A stretch of DNA of 64,000 nucleotides from Halarcobacter sp. GTDB lineage: Bacteria; Campylobacterota; Campylobacteria; Campylobacterales; Arcobacteraceae. Both the position numbers and the translations under genes were made by a program. Under the pieces are notes generated by a model that saw nothing but the letters and a program-made list of their open reading frames with translations, was not told the DNA's origin and ran no database searches. Shown in pieces: positions 1-9,666 of this stretch (position 1 is its first letter; every line of letters starts with the position of its first letter). The DNA is taken from contig OY781089.1 in NCBI GenBank assembly GCA_963676565.1, positions 2,400,001 through 2,464,000 on the forward strand, read 5' to 3'.

Positions 1-655
<655 letters not shown>

Positions 656-920
656 TAAAAACCTTTCTCTTTTTTGACACATATTATGTAATATTTTTAC
701 ATTTAAAATGTAATAATCTTACACAATATATGTTTTTAAAGATTTGTATCTTAACAAGTGTAACTTAAATTAAAATAAATATTGTCAATTATAGTGTAAA
801 AAATATACACTAATTGTGTAAAAAATACTTTTATTTTATGTTATATAAATATATTCTTTTTTTTTATGTTTTTTTAAATGAAAGTTATAATACAATCTTT
901 GAAAAATTTAAAGTGGGAAT

Positions 921-1208
921 ATGAAAAAAACAATTATATTGGTAGCTACATCAGTATTTATATTTACTGGATGTTTAGGTGGATCAGATGAAAAAAAGGA
1001 ATGGACTTCATTAATCTTTCCTGATAAAGATAATAGCAAAAGAAGTAAAAAATTTGCTGTTTATAAAACTTTAGATGAGTGTAGAGAGGGTTCTAAAAAT
1101 GAGCTTTCAAGACTTGGATTATCTGACAGAGGTGACTATAAATGTGGATTAAATTGTGAATATCATGAGGGAATGAAACTTGATATTTGTGAGAAATTAG
1201 TTCAATAG
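921..1208 (+). CDS. Small lipoprotein of unknown function
   Basis: Signal peptide with lipobox FTGC, followed by four more cysteines. Confidence 0.7.
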   Translation: MKKTIILVATSVFIFTGCLGGSDEKKEWTSLIFPDKDNSKRSKKFAVYKTLDECREGSKNELSRLGLSDRGDYKCGLNCEYHEGMKLDICEKLVQ

Positions 1209-1222
1209 TTTCCCTTTAGTTT

Positions 1223-2989
1223 ATGGAAAAAATAGATTTAAAATACTTATGGAACCTTTTACTAGATAAGAAAAAAACACTTATTTTAGGTCAAATTGTA
1301 ACTATAATTGCAATTTTAATAAGTGTTCCAATTCCATTAATGCTTCCTGCACTTGTGGATGAAGTACTTTTAAAAAAACCTGACTTCTTTGTAAATAGTA
1401 TAGATTTTGTATTTGGTAGTGGTAATGCCTTTTATTACATTGCAATAATTACTGTAGTAGTGATTTTATTAAGATTCATTTACTTTGTATTTACTGTCAT
1501 AATTACAAAGATTTTTACAGCAATTGCTAAATATGTAACTTTTAAAATAAGAGAGAAACTACTTAACTATTTAAAAAAAGTATCAATGAATGAATATGAA
1601 AGTTTAGGAAATGGTGCTATTTCAGCAAATCTGATTACAGATGTAAATACTTTAGATGATTTTATTATAAAAAGTGCCAGTAAATTTATCTCTTCAGTAT
1701 TAACTTTACTAGCAGTTTCAATTGTAATGATTGCGATTCATCCAATTTTAGGTTTAATGATTCTTCTAATACAACCTATTATTATACTTATGTCAAAAAA
1801 AATCTCTAAACAAGTTGGTGTTTTAAAAAAAGATGAAAATCAAGCAATTGAAGAGTTTCAAGATAATATTGGTGAATCTTTAGAACTATTTGGACAAATA
1901 AAAGCTAGTAATAAAGAAAGCTATTTTATAAATGAATCTATAAAAAAAGCAAATAAAATCCAACAAACATCAAATGAATACAATTATAAAAGTGTAGCTT
2001 ATGAAAGATTTTCATTTACCATATTTTTAATAGCCTTTGAGATGTTAAGGGCAAGTGGTTTACTTATGGTTGTTTATAGTGACTTAAGTATAGGTATGAT
2101 GTTTGCTATGTTTGGTTATATTTGGTTTATAATGACACCTGTTCAAGATATACTTTCAATGCAATATGCTTATACAACTGCAACCGCGGCTTTAAAAAGA
2201 ATAAATAAAATTCTAAGTCTTCAATGTGAAGATAATGGAGAAGAAAGATTATCAAATAATGAAGGTGTTCATATAGAATTAAAAAATATGTTCTTTTCCT
2301 ATAATATAGAAAAGCCTTTATTAGAAAATATTTCAATAGATATTAAGCCTAAAGAAAAAGTAGCTTTAATTGGTGCAAGTGGAAGTGGAAAAACTACACT
2401 TGCTCAAGTTATTGCAGGTTTTTATTCAAAAACAAAAGGCGATATTAAATATAACAATATAAGCATTAATGTTCTAGATAGAAACTCTTTAAGAAATGAG
2501 ATATTCTTAGTGCTTCAAATGCCTATTTTGTTTAACAATACACTTAGGTTTAATATCACTATGGGAGATGAATCCATAAGTGATGAAGAGATTTTTAGAG
2601 CCTTAGAGATAGCTCAATTAAAAGATACAGTATTACAGATGAGTGACAAACTTGATACATTGGTTGGTAAACACGGAATTAGATTAAGTGGAGGACAAAG
2701 ACAAAGATTATCAATAGCTAGAATGATTATATCAAATCCTTCAGTTGTAATCTTTGATGAATCTACATCAGCTTTAGATGTTCATACAGAAGCTAAACTT
2801 TTTAGTGCCCTTATACCTATACTTGAAAATAAAACTGTAATAACAATTGCCCATAGACTAAGTACAGTTAAAAATGCAAATAAGATTTATGTATTAGATA
2901 ATGGAAAAATTGTTCAAAGTGGAACTCATGAAGAGTTGGAAGAGGAAGAAGGACATTATTTAGAGTTTGTAAAAAATCAATTAGTGTAA
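1223..2989 (+). CDS. ABC exporter, fused permease/ATP-binding protein
   Basis: N-terminal TM domain, Walker A GASGSGKT, signature LSGGQRQR, Walker B VVIFDE, IAHRL. Confidence 0.93.
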   Translation: MEKIDLKYLWNLLLDKKKTLILGQIVTIIAILISVPIPLMLPALVDEVLLKKPDFFVNSIDFVFGSGNAFYYIAIITVVVILLRFIYFVFTVIITKIFTAIAKYVTFKIREKLLNYLKKVSMNEYESLGNGAISANLITDVNTLDDFIIKSASKFISSVLTLLAVSIVMIAIHPILGLMILLIQPIIILMSKKISKQVGVLKKDENQAIEEFQDNIGESLELFGQIKASNKESYFINESIKKANKIQQTSNEYNYKSVAYERFSFTIFLIAFEMLRASGLLMVVYSDLSIGMMFAMFGYIWFIMTPVQDILSMQYAYTTATAALKRINKILSLQCEDNGEERLSNNEGVHIELKNMFFSYNIEKPLLENISIDIKPKEKVALIGASGSGKTTLAQVIAGFYSKTKGDIKYNNISINVLDRNSLRNEIFLVLQMPILFNNTLRFNITMGDESISDEEIFRALEIAQLKDTVLQMSDKLDTLVGKHGIRLSGGQRQRLSIARMIISNPSVVIFDESTSALDVHTEAKLFSALIPILENKTVITIAHRLSTVKNANKIYVLDNGKIVQSGTHEELEEEEGHYLEFVKNQLV

Positions 2990-2998
2990 AGGGTTTCA

Positions 2999-3685
2999 AT
3001 GATTTATTATATTACACTTGATGATTTAAACAATGAAGAAACATTATTTAAATATATTTATCCAAATATGGAAGAAAACTATTACTGGAGTGATGATTAC
3101 AGTGCTGAGTTTTATGTCAAAGCTGCCCAGTGTGGCTTTATTACTACTTCCATGTATAGAGAAGAAAAACTAATACTACTTCCTGAAATACAATTTGAAT
3201 ATGCTTTGATGAAATTTGATGAGATAAAAGTCTCAAAAAAAGTAAAAAAACTTATAGATGAAGACAAATATGAACTAAGAATTAATCAAAGAACTCAAGA
3301 AGTGTATGAAAAAATAATTAGTTACCATAAAGATTCTTGGTTAAATAATGAATATATTAAAATACTTAATTCAATAAATAATCAAACTTCAAACTTTAAG
3401 TTTTTTAGTGTAGAATTAGTAGAAAAAGAAACAAACTTGCTTATTTCTGGAGAAATTGGTTACCAAACAGGCACTATCTATACTTCACTAACAGGCTTTA
3501 CAACAAGAGAAAAGAAATATAACAATTGTGGTAAACTTCAACTTGTATTACTAAACTATTATCTAAAGGATAATGGCTTAAAGCTCTGGAACTTGGGACA
3601 TCCACAACTTCAATATAAAATAGATTTAGGTGCAAAAATATATAATCGGGATAACTTTTTAAAGCTTTGGTATGATAATATTTAA
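2999..3685 (+). CDS. Leucyl/phenylalanyl-tRNA--protein transferase-like (Aat-like) protein
   Basis: SW..., SVE....LISGEIG...G.IYTSLTGF and GKLQLV segments resemble the L/F-transferase GNAT-like fold, though divergent. Confidence 0.65.
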   Translation: MIYYITLDDLNNEETLFKYIYPNMEENYYWSDDYSAEFYVKAAQCGFITTSMYREEKLILLPEIQFEYALMKFDEIKVSKKVKKLIDEDKYELRINQRTQEVYEKIISYHKDSWLNNEYIKILNSINNQTSNFKFFSVELVEKETNLLISGEIGYQTGTIYTSLTGFTTREKKYNNCGKLQLVLLNYYLKDNGLKLWNLGHPQLQYKIDLGAKIYNRDNFLKLWYDNI

Positions 3686-3817
3686 ATAATTATTGAGTCA
3701 TTTTTTTGTTATTTATTAAAATTTGATAAGAATTGTCTCATAATTGACTCAATTTAAGGTTTATCATAACATAGTGTGTTATAATTCAAATAAATTTATA
3801 AAAAGCGAGAAAAAGTT

Positions 3818-4228
3818 ATGAGTAATAATATTTCTATAGATTTAACAAAAGACATGGAAAGATTTTTAAAAAGTAAATCAAAAGAGTTCAATTTGAGCAT
3901 CGAAGATACTTTAAAAGAGATTTTAAGTCAACAAATAGATAGTAGACTTGATTTAGGAAAAGGTTTTTACTATGACAAGGTAGTAAAAAAAGTATTTGAT
4001 AAAAAGAATAATGATGTAGGTTTAACAAAAACTCAAATGTCAATTTTCCATACACTATTAAAAAATAGAGACACAATTGTTGATGTTGAAACAATTAAAA
4101 AGAATGCATGGAAAGATAAAAATACATCAATCTTTACACTTAGAAACATGATAAAACAAATTAGAGATAAAACTTTTTATGGACTTATTAAAAGTCACTC
4201 AAGTAGAGGTTACTCTGCAGGTTTCTAA
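3818..4228 (+). CDS. Transcriptional regulator with an OmpR-type winged-helix domain and no receiver domain
   Basis: C-terminal LTKTQ..IFHTLLKNRDTIV...IKKNAW......TLRNMIKQIRDK.....IKSHSSRGY fits the Trans_reg_C pattern. Confidence 0.8.
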   Translation: MSNNISIDLTKDMERFLKSKSKEFNLSIEDTLKEILSQQIDSRLDLGKGFYYDKVVKKVFDKKNNDVGLTKTQMSIFHTLLKNRDTIVDVETIKKNAWKDKNTSIFTLRNMIKQIRDKTFYGLIKSHSSRGYSAGF

Positions 4229-4239
4229 AAAACCTTTTA

Positions 4240-4264
4240 AATAAGCATCAAATGATGCTTATTT
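4240..4264. terminator. Probable bidirectional intrinsic terminator
   Basis: AATAAGCATCA/TGATGCTTATT inverted repeat between convergent genes. Confidence 0.6.
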
Positions 4265-4723
4265 GATTCTATATAATACTTGCCCTACCCAATTTGCCAA
4301 CCTTACACTTATTGTAGTTAGTAAAGAAAAAAGAGTTTTAGGTTTACTTTTGTACTCTTTTTGAAAATAATGAACTTTTATCCACTTCTTTACCAAGTAA
4401 AAAATAATTCCATCAAAAAAAGAAAAATACTTTATAGTCATAATTACAGGAGCTAGGATAAACAAATAACCTTTAAAAGTCAGTTCATCATACCAAGAAG
4501 CTACTTCTTCTGTCTCAAACTCATATTGATCTTTAGTTAAAAGATTCTTTTCGTATAAAACACTACAAACAGTATCTCTTTTTTTAACTCTTTGTAAATC
4601 AATTCGTATTTTTTTATTAATAAAAAGTGCACCTAATATTGCTATTAAAAGACAAAATAATAACCAGATACAAAGTAAAGGGATAAATAACATATTGGCA
4701 ATAATTTTAGATATAAGTTTCAT
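4259..4723 (-). CDS. Hypothetical membrane protein
   Basis: 154-aa ORF with two hydrophobic segments; no family recognised. Confidence 0.6.
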   Translation of the reverse strand: MKLISKIIANMLFIPLLCIWLLFCLLIAILGALFINKKIRIDLQRVKKRDTVCSVLYEKNLLTKDQYEFETEEVASWYDELTFKGYLFILAPVIMTIKYFSFFDGIIFYLVKKWIKVHYFQKEYKSKPKTLFSLLTTISVRLANWVGQVLYRIK

Positions 4724-4781
4724 ACTTCTATCTTATAATTTTTTTCTAAAAGTAATTATAAACTTTTAAATTAGAGATTTA

Positions 4782-4895
4782 TTAATTGATTTTACTTAAT
4801 AAGTCAGTGAAAGGGATTTTCTTTTTTTCTTGAGCTTTTTCAGATAAATATAAAAAAGTTGTAAGTGTTAAAATTGCTAAAACTAAGTATTCCAA
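4782..4895 (-). CDS. Putative 37-aa single-TM small protein (not in ORF track)
   Basis: AGGAA RBS, TTG start, MEYLVLAILTLTTFLYLSEKAQEKKKIPFTDLLSKIN, TAA stop. Confidence 0.5.
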   Translation of the reverse strand: MEYLVLAILTLTTFLYLSEKAQEKKKIPFTDLLSKIN

Positions 4896-5121
4896 AAGTG
4901 TTCCTATTTTTATTTATGGAAATATAACTTTTCATTTCTTAAATCTAGTTTAAAACTGATTTATTATATCTCTAAACTATTTTTAGTAGCTGTGTATAAA
5001 GACACTTAAACTTTATTATGGTGGTCTTTATAAGAATAGATTTGGATATATTCTTATAAAGTATAAAAAAATTATTTTTTGTACACACTATTATCTTACT
5101 GTTATATTAATTGAAAAATAT

Positions 5122-5171
5122 AACTTGTCTATACAAGTTGTAACACTTCTGTAATCAATTTAATTTATACT
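5122..5171 (+). promoter_or_regulatory. phn promoter: GntR/HutC-type operator, Pho-box-like direct repeat and -10 element
   Basis: AACTTGT-CTAT-ACAAGTT palindrome (5122-5139); TTGTAAC/CTGTAAT repeats 11 bp apart (5138-5155); TATACT at 5166-5171. Confidence 0.65.
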
Positions 5172-5199
5172 TTCACCAAGAAATTTGAAAGGTGATTTT

Positions 5200-5916
5200 T
5201 TGACTAAACTATTTGACTATGAAATTATATACACACATCTTATCAATTTAATAGAAAATGAATTAAATGAGCATGAAAAGATTCCTTCAGAAAACTCTTT
5301 ATGTGAACTATTTAATGTTACAAGAGCAACTGTTAGACAAGGTATTAATAAAGCTAAAAGTGAAGGTCTAATCTACTCAAAAAAAGGAAGTGGAAATTTT
5401 GTGAGTCCTAAAAAAATCATTTATTCAATCACACCAAATACAACATTTACAAAAGAAATATTAAAAATTGGGAAAAAACCAAAATTAAAATTTATAGGAT
5501 CAAAAATAATTGAAGCGGATGAATTTATTGCTGAAAAATTAGAAATTAATATTGGAGATAAAGTACTTTACGTTAAAAACTTAAGATTGGTAGATGATAT
5601 TCCTTTTTTATTTGCAAAATATTTTATAAATTTAAAATTGATTGAAAATGCAGAGAAGAGAATAAAAAATACAAATTCAATATCAAAATTATATGAACAA
5701 TCAGGTTTATCACCTATTAGAGATAGTTCTGAAATAGATATTATACCTTCTACCATAAAATCTAAAAGTATATTTCAAGTACAACATGATTTTCCAATAA
5801 TAAAAATTGCAACAAAAACTACTGATATAAATACTAAAAAAGTAATTGATTATTGTTTTTCTAATTTTAGAAGCGATATGGCAAAAATAGTAGTTGATTA
5901 TAAAGGTGAAAAATAA
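5200..5916 (+). CDS. phnF: GntR/HutC-family phosphonate regulator
   Basis: IPSENSLCELFNVTRATVRQ wHTH plus UTRA domain; first gene of the phn operon. TTG at 5200 follows GAAAGG (ORF track starts at 5185). Confidence 0.88.
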   Translation: MTKLFDYEIIYTHLINLIENELNEHEKIPSENSLCELFNVTRATVRQGINKAKSEGLIYSKKGSGNFVSPKKIIYSITPNTTFTKEILKIGKKPKLKFIGSKIIEADEFIAEKLEINIGDKVLYVKNLRLVDDIPFLFAKYFINLKLIENAEKRIKNTNSISKLYEQSGLSPIRDSSEIDIIPSTIKSKSIFQVQHDFPIIKIATKTTDINTKKVIDYCFSNFRSDMAKIVVDYKGEK

Positions 5917-5917
5917 A

Positions 5918-6673
5918 ATGATAAAAATGAAAAAATTAACGATAGGTTATAAAAAAGAAAAAATTCTAAAAAATATTGATTTGGAAATAAAAAAAGGTGA
6001 ATTTGTAGGAATCATTGGACCTAGTGGTGCTGGCAAATCAACACTATTAATGTCTGTTGTTGGTGGAATCAAAGTATTTGATGGAGATTTTGAAGTTTTA
6101 AAATTTGATATGGATAATATCAAGAAAAAAGATTTAATTAAACTTCGAGAACAAATAGGAATAATCTTCCAAGGATATAACTTAGTAGATAGATTAAGTG
6201 TATTAGATAATGTAATTAGTGGGATGTTAAAAGATATCCCAATGGCCAGAGCTATTATTAAATATTACAAAGAAAAAGACCTAAAAAAAGTTAATGAGTT
6301 AATGAAACTTGTTGATATTGAAAAATACTCTTTAAAAAGATGTGATGAACTAAGTGGAGGTCAAAGACAAAGAGTTGCAATAGCAAGAGCACTTGCCTCT
6401 AACCCTAAAATTATTTTAGCTGATGAACCTATTTCTGCCCTTGATCAAAAAAGTGCAAAAAAAGTAATGGATATTTTACAAAAAATCAATGAAAAACTTG
6501 GAGTTACTATAATTGCCAATCTTCATCACTTAGAAATTGCAGAAAAATATTGTACAAGAATTCTAGGAATCAACAAAGGGAAAATAGTTTTTGATGGAAA
6601 TATAAAAGAATTAGATAAAAAAACTATTGACAAAATTTATGAAGGTGAACAACAAGAAAACGTTAACGAATAG
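5918..6673 (+). CDS. phnC: Phosphonate ABC transporter ATP-binding protein
   Basis: GPSGAGKS, IFQGYNLVDRLSVLDNV, LSGGQRQRVAIARAL, ILADEP, NLHH; start placed at ATG 5918. Confidence 0.93.
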   Translation: MIKMKKLTIGYKKEKILKNIDLEIKKGEFVGIIGPSGAGKSTLLMSVVGGIKVFDGDFEVLKFDMDNIKKKDLIKLREQIGIIFQGYNLVDRLSVLDNVISGMLKDIPMARAIIKYYKEKDLKKVNELMKLVDIEKYSLKRCDELSGGQRQRVAIARALASNPKIILADEPISALDQKSAKKVMDILQKINEKLGVTIIANLHHLEIAEKYCTRILGINKGKIVFDGNIKELDKKTIDKIYEGEQQENVNE

Positions 6674-6861
6674 ATATTTTTATAGTAAAGCTCTAAGAAT
6701 TTTTTGAGTTTTTAGAGGTTTGCTATAAGGATTCTTGTTTGGAACTTTGAGCGGCAACAAACAAGAATCTTTAGGTAATTAGTGGTGAGTTATTAAACTG
6801 AACAAAACACTACCAATTAAAGGTAGTGTAACAAATTTTTGATTTGAAAGGTATAAAAATC

Positions 6862-7737
6862 ATGAGAAGAGATTTTCTTAAAAAAATGGGATTAGCTACA
6901 CTAGCTTTAACTTTAGGTATTAGTACATTAAGTGCAAAAGAAGCAAATTGGCCAAAAGAAGTTAACTTTGGTTTAATTCCAGTTGCTGGAACTTCAAGTG
7001 TTAAAGATACATTTGGACCATTAGGTGTTTATTTAGAAAAAACTTTAGGTGTTAAAGTTAACTTACAATCGGCTGGAGATTATGCAGGTGTTATTACTGC
7101 TATGCAACACAAACATGTTGATATTGCTTACTTTGGACCAAAATCTTATGTAGAAGCTGCAAAAAGAGCTGGAGCCCAAGCTGTTGCAACTGAAATTGAT
7201 GCAGAATCAGGATTACCAGGATACAAAGGTATTATTATCACTAAAAAAGGAAGTGGTTTAAAAACTTTAGAAGATATCAAAGGTAAAACTTGGGCATTTA
7301 CTGACTCTAACTCTACATCAGGAACTTTAGTACCAACTGTAATGTTTTCTAAAAAAGGTATCAATCCTCAAAAATACTTCTCAAAAGTTCTTTATTCAGG
7401 TGGACACGAAGCTTCAATTTTAGCAGTAAAAGCTGGAAAAGTTGATGCAGCATCTACAAATAACTTAGACTTTAATAGAGGATTAGGAAAACATTGGAAT
7501 GAAGATGATTTTAATATTCTTTGGACTTCTGAATTAATTCCAGGTTCTCCAATGACAGTTAGAAAAGACTTACCAGAATCATTTAAAAAAGCTGTTAAAG
7601 ATGCATTTTTATCATTAAAAGATGAAAAAATCTTATCAAATATGAAAATCAAAGGTTATGCAGATGGAAATGATGCATTTTATAACCCAGTTAGAGAATT
7701 AATTGAATTAAAAAAATCTTTAAAAAAGAAACAATAA
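6862..7737 (+). CDS. phnD: Phosphonate ABC transporter substrate-binding protein
   Basis: DYAGVI..M, YFGPKSYV, STSGTLVP and SGGHEASI motifs; ATG at 6862 after GAAAGG. Confidence 0.95.
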   Translation: MRRDFLKKMGLATLALTLGISTLSAKEANWPKEVNFGLIPVAGTSSVKDTFGPLGVYLEKTLGVKVNLQSAGDYAGVITAMQHKHVDIAYFGPKSYVEAAKRAGAQAVATEIDAESGLPGYKGIIITKKGSGLKTLEDIKGKTWAFTDSNSTSGTLVPTVMFSKKGINPQKYFSKVLYSGGHEASILAVKAGKVDAASTNNLDFNRGLGKHWNEDDFNILWTSELIPGSPMTVRKDLPESFKKAVKDAFLSLKDEKILSNMKIKGYADGNDAFYNPVRELIELKKSLKKKQ

Positions 7738-7754
7738 TCATTTAAAAACCTATT

Positions 7755-7776
7755 AACACAGGATTTTTCCTGTGTT
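7755..7776 (+). terminator. Stem-loop after phnD (partial terminator or mRNA stabiliser)
   Basis: AACACAGGA-TTTT-TCCTGTGTT. Confidence 0.55.
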
Positions 7777-7844
7777 TACCATAATAAGTTTAAAAAAGGC
7801 TATACCCGATTATTGTCTTTTTTAAATGTATAAAAGGAAAAAAA

Positions 7845-8702
7845 ATGTCAATTGAAATATTAAAAAAAGAATCAAACCCCTTTAAACTATTTAATTTAGC
7901 AATTATAGGGATCTTTGCATATATAGTGATAAAAAGTTGGGTTGATACAGAGATGAGTTTTGTAGGATTGGTTGAAGGATGGGGACATATGGTTTCATAT
8001 ATCCAAGGTAATCCAGACATTGAAGGAAGTTCATATTTTCCACCAATATTTTATAAAGATGATTTACTAGTTTATTTTTGGGCAATGGTTGAAACTGTTC
8101 AAATGGCTGTAATAGCTTTATTCTTATCAGTTATATTAGCTATTCCATTATCATATATTACTTCTAGAAATATTTTGGAAATATTAATTCCAGGGAAAAC
8201 AGTTTTTCATACTTTTTTGAAAAAAGCACTTTATTCTTTTGGTACTACTATAGCAAATATTTTTAGGTCAGTTAATGAATTAGTTTGGGCTTTAATTTTT
8301 GTAAGTGCAGTTGGTCTTGGACCAATGGCTGGTATTTTAGCTTTAGGTATTCATACAGCGGGAGTATTAAGTAAACTTTTAAGTGAAGGTAATGAAGCAA
8401 TTGATCCAGGTCCAGTTGAAGCATTAACAAATAGTGGAGCAGGATTTATAAAAGTAATTGCATTTGCAGTTGTTCCTCAAACTATGCCTCACTTTGTATC
8501 AATGATTTTATATAGATTTGAATCAGATGTTAGAAGTGCTTCAATCTTAGGATTTGTTGGTGCAGGAGGTATTGGTTTTTATCTATTTGATAAGTTAAGA
8601 GGGTTCGAAAATGGCCATGTGTGTACCATCTTGATTTTTATTATCGTGACAGTTTGGGTTTTGGATAATCTAAGTGCAATTATTAGAAAAAGGTTTATCT
8701 AA
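7845..8702 (+). CDS. phnE: Phosphonate ABC transporter permease
   Basis: RSVNELVWALIFVSAVGLGP.AGILALGIH, EAIDPGPVEAL, YRFESDVRSASILGFVGAGGIG. Confidence 0.95.
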   Translation: MSIEILKKESNPFKLFNLAIIGIFAYIVIKSWVDTEMSFVGLVEGWGHMVSYIQGNPDIEGSSYFPPIFYKDDLLVYFWAMVETVQMAVIALFLSVILAIPLSYITSRNILEILIPGKTVFHTFLKKALYSFGTTIANIFRSVNELVWALIFVSAVGLGPMAGILALGIHTAGVLSKLLSEGNEAIDPGPVEALTNSGAGFIKVIAFAVVPQTMPHFVSMILYRFESDVRSASILGFVGAGGIGFYLFDKLRGFENGHVCTILIFIIVTVWVLDNLSAIIRKRFI

Positions 8703-9133
8703 TGAAAAGAGAAGATATCAATTTTATACTTCAAAAAACTGATTTAAAAGAATTAAAATCCCTTTATGAAAAAATTAATGAATTTCATGAAATAAAAATT
8801 TTACAAAAACCAACACAACAAACTCTACTTCAACCAGTAATTGATCCTGTAAGTTCAGGGGAATTTTATGCAGGTGAAGTTTTAGTAACTACTACAATAG
8901 TTCAAGTTGGAACCAACTCAGCAAATAAAGGCTGGGCTATGGTACAAGATGATAATGAAGAAGTTTCTTTATATATTTCTGCTTGTGATGGAGCATATGG
9001 TGCAGATTTTTTAAAAAATGAAATAGAAAATCTAGTAACAAAAACTATTGAAAATATTGAAAAAACTCAAAAAGAATTAAACAAAAAAATCAACTCTACA
9101 AAAGTTAGCTTTGATTTGATGACACAAGGTTAA
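8702..9133 (+). CDS. phnG: C-P lyase complex subunit PhnG
   Basis: FYAGEVLVT and TKVSF motifs; operon position. Confidence 0.9.
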   Translation: MKREDINFILQKTDLKELKSLYEKINEFHEIKILQKPTQQTLLQPVIDPVSSGEFYAGEVLVTTTIVQVGTNSANKGWAMVQDDNEEVSLYISACDGAYGADFLKNEIENLVTKTIENIEKTQKELNKKINSTKVSFDLMTQG

Positions 9134-9135
9134 AA

Positions 9136-9666
9136 ATGGAAGATTTAGAGAAGTTAAATAGACAAAACTTTAAAAGCCTTAGTGATTCTTTATCACAACC
9201 TGGGAAAATATCAAAGATAAAACCAATCTTTGATTCAAAACTTTTAGGAATCGCAAGTGTACTTTTATATAGTGAAGTATCTTATTATTACAATGGTTCT
9301 AGGGATATGACACTAATTGAAGCAATTACAAATCCAAAAGCTGAAACTGTACAAAATGCTGATTATATATTTAGTGATGAGATTGATGTAAACTTATTAA
9401 AAGATGCAAAAGTTGGTGACCACTTAAACCCTGATTTTTCTTCAACTTTAATATTTCAATGTGTTAATTTTGAAATTACAAAAGTTAAATTATCAGGATC
9501 AGGAATAAATAAGGAGTTAATTACGACACTTCCATGTGATAAAGATTTTTTAGAAGTTTTAGCTAATAAAAATAGTGAATATCCACTAGGTTTAGAAATA
9601 TACTTTATAAATAATGAAGGTGAACTATTGGCACTTTCAAGAACTACAAAAGTGGAGGTGCTTTAA
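9136..9666 (+). CDS. phnH: C-P lyase complex subunit PhnH
   Basis: FK.LSDSLSQPG, G....PD.SSTLI, LSGSGI, YPLGLEIYF, LSRTTKV. Confidence 0.9.
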   Translation: MEDLEKLNRQNFKSLSDSLSQPGKISKIKPIFDSKLLGIASVLLYSEVSYYYNGSRDMTLIEAITNPKAETVQNADYIFSDEIDVNLLKDAKVGDHLNPDFSSTLIFQCVNFEITKVKLSGSGINKELITTLPCDKDFLEVLANKNSEYPLGLEIYFINNEGELLALSRTTKVEVL

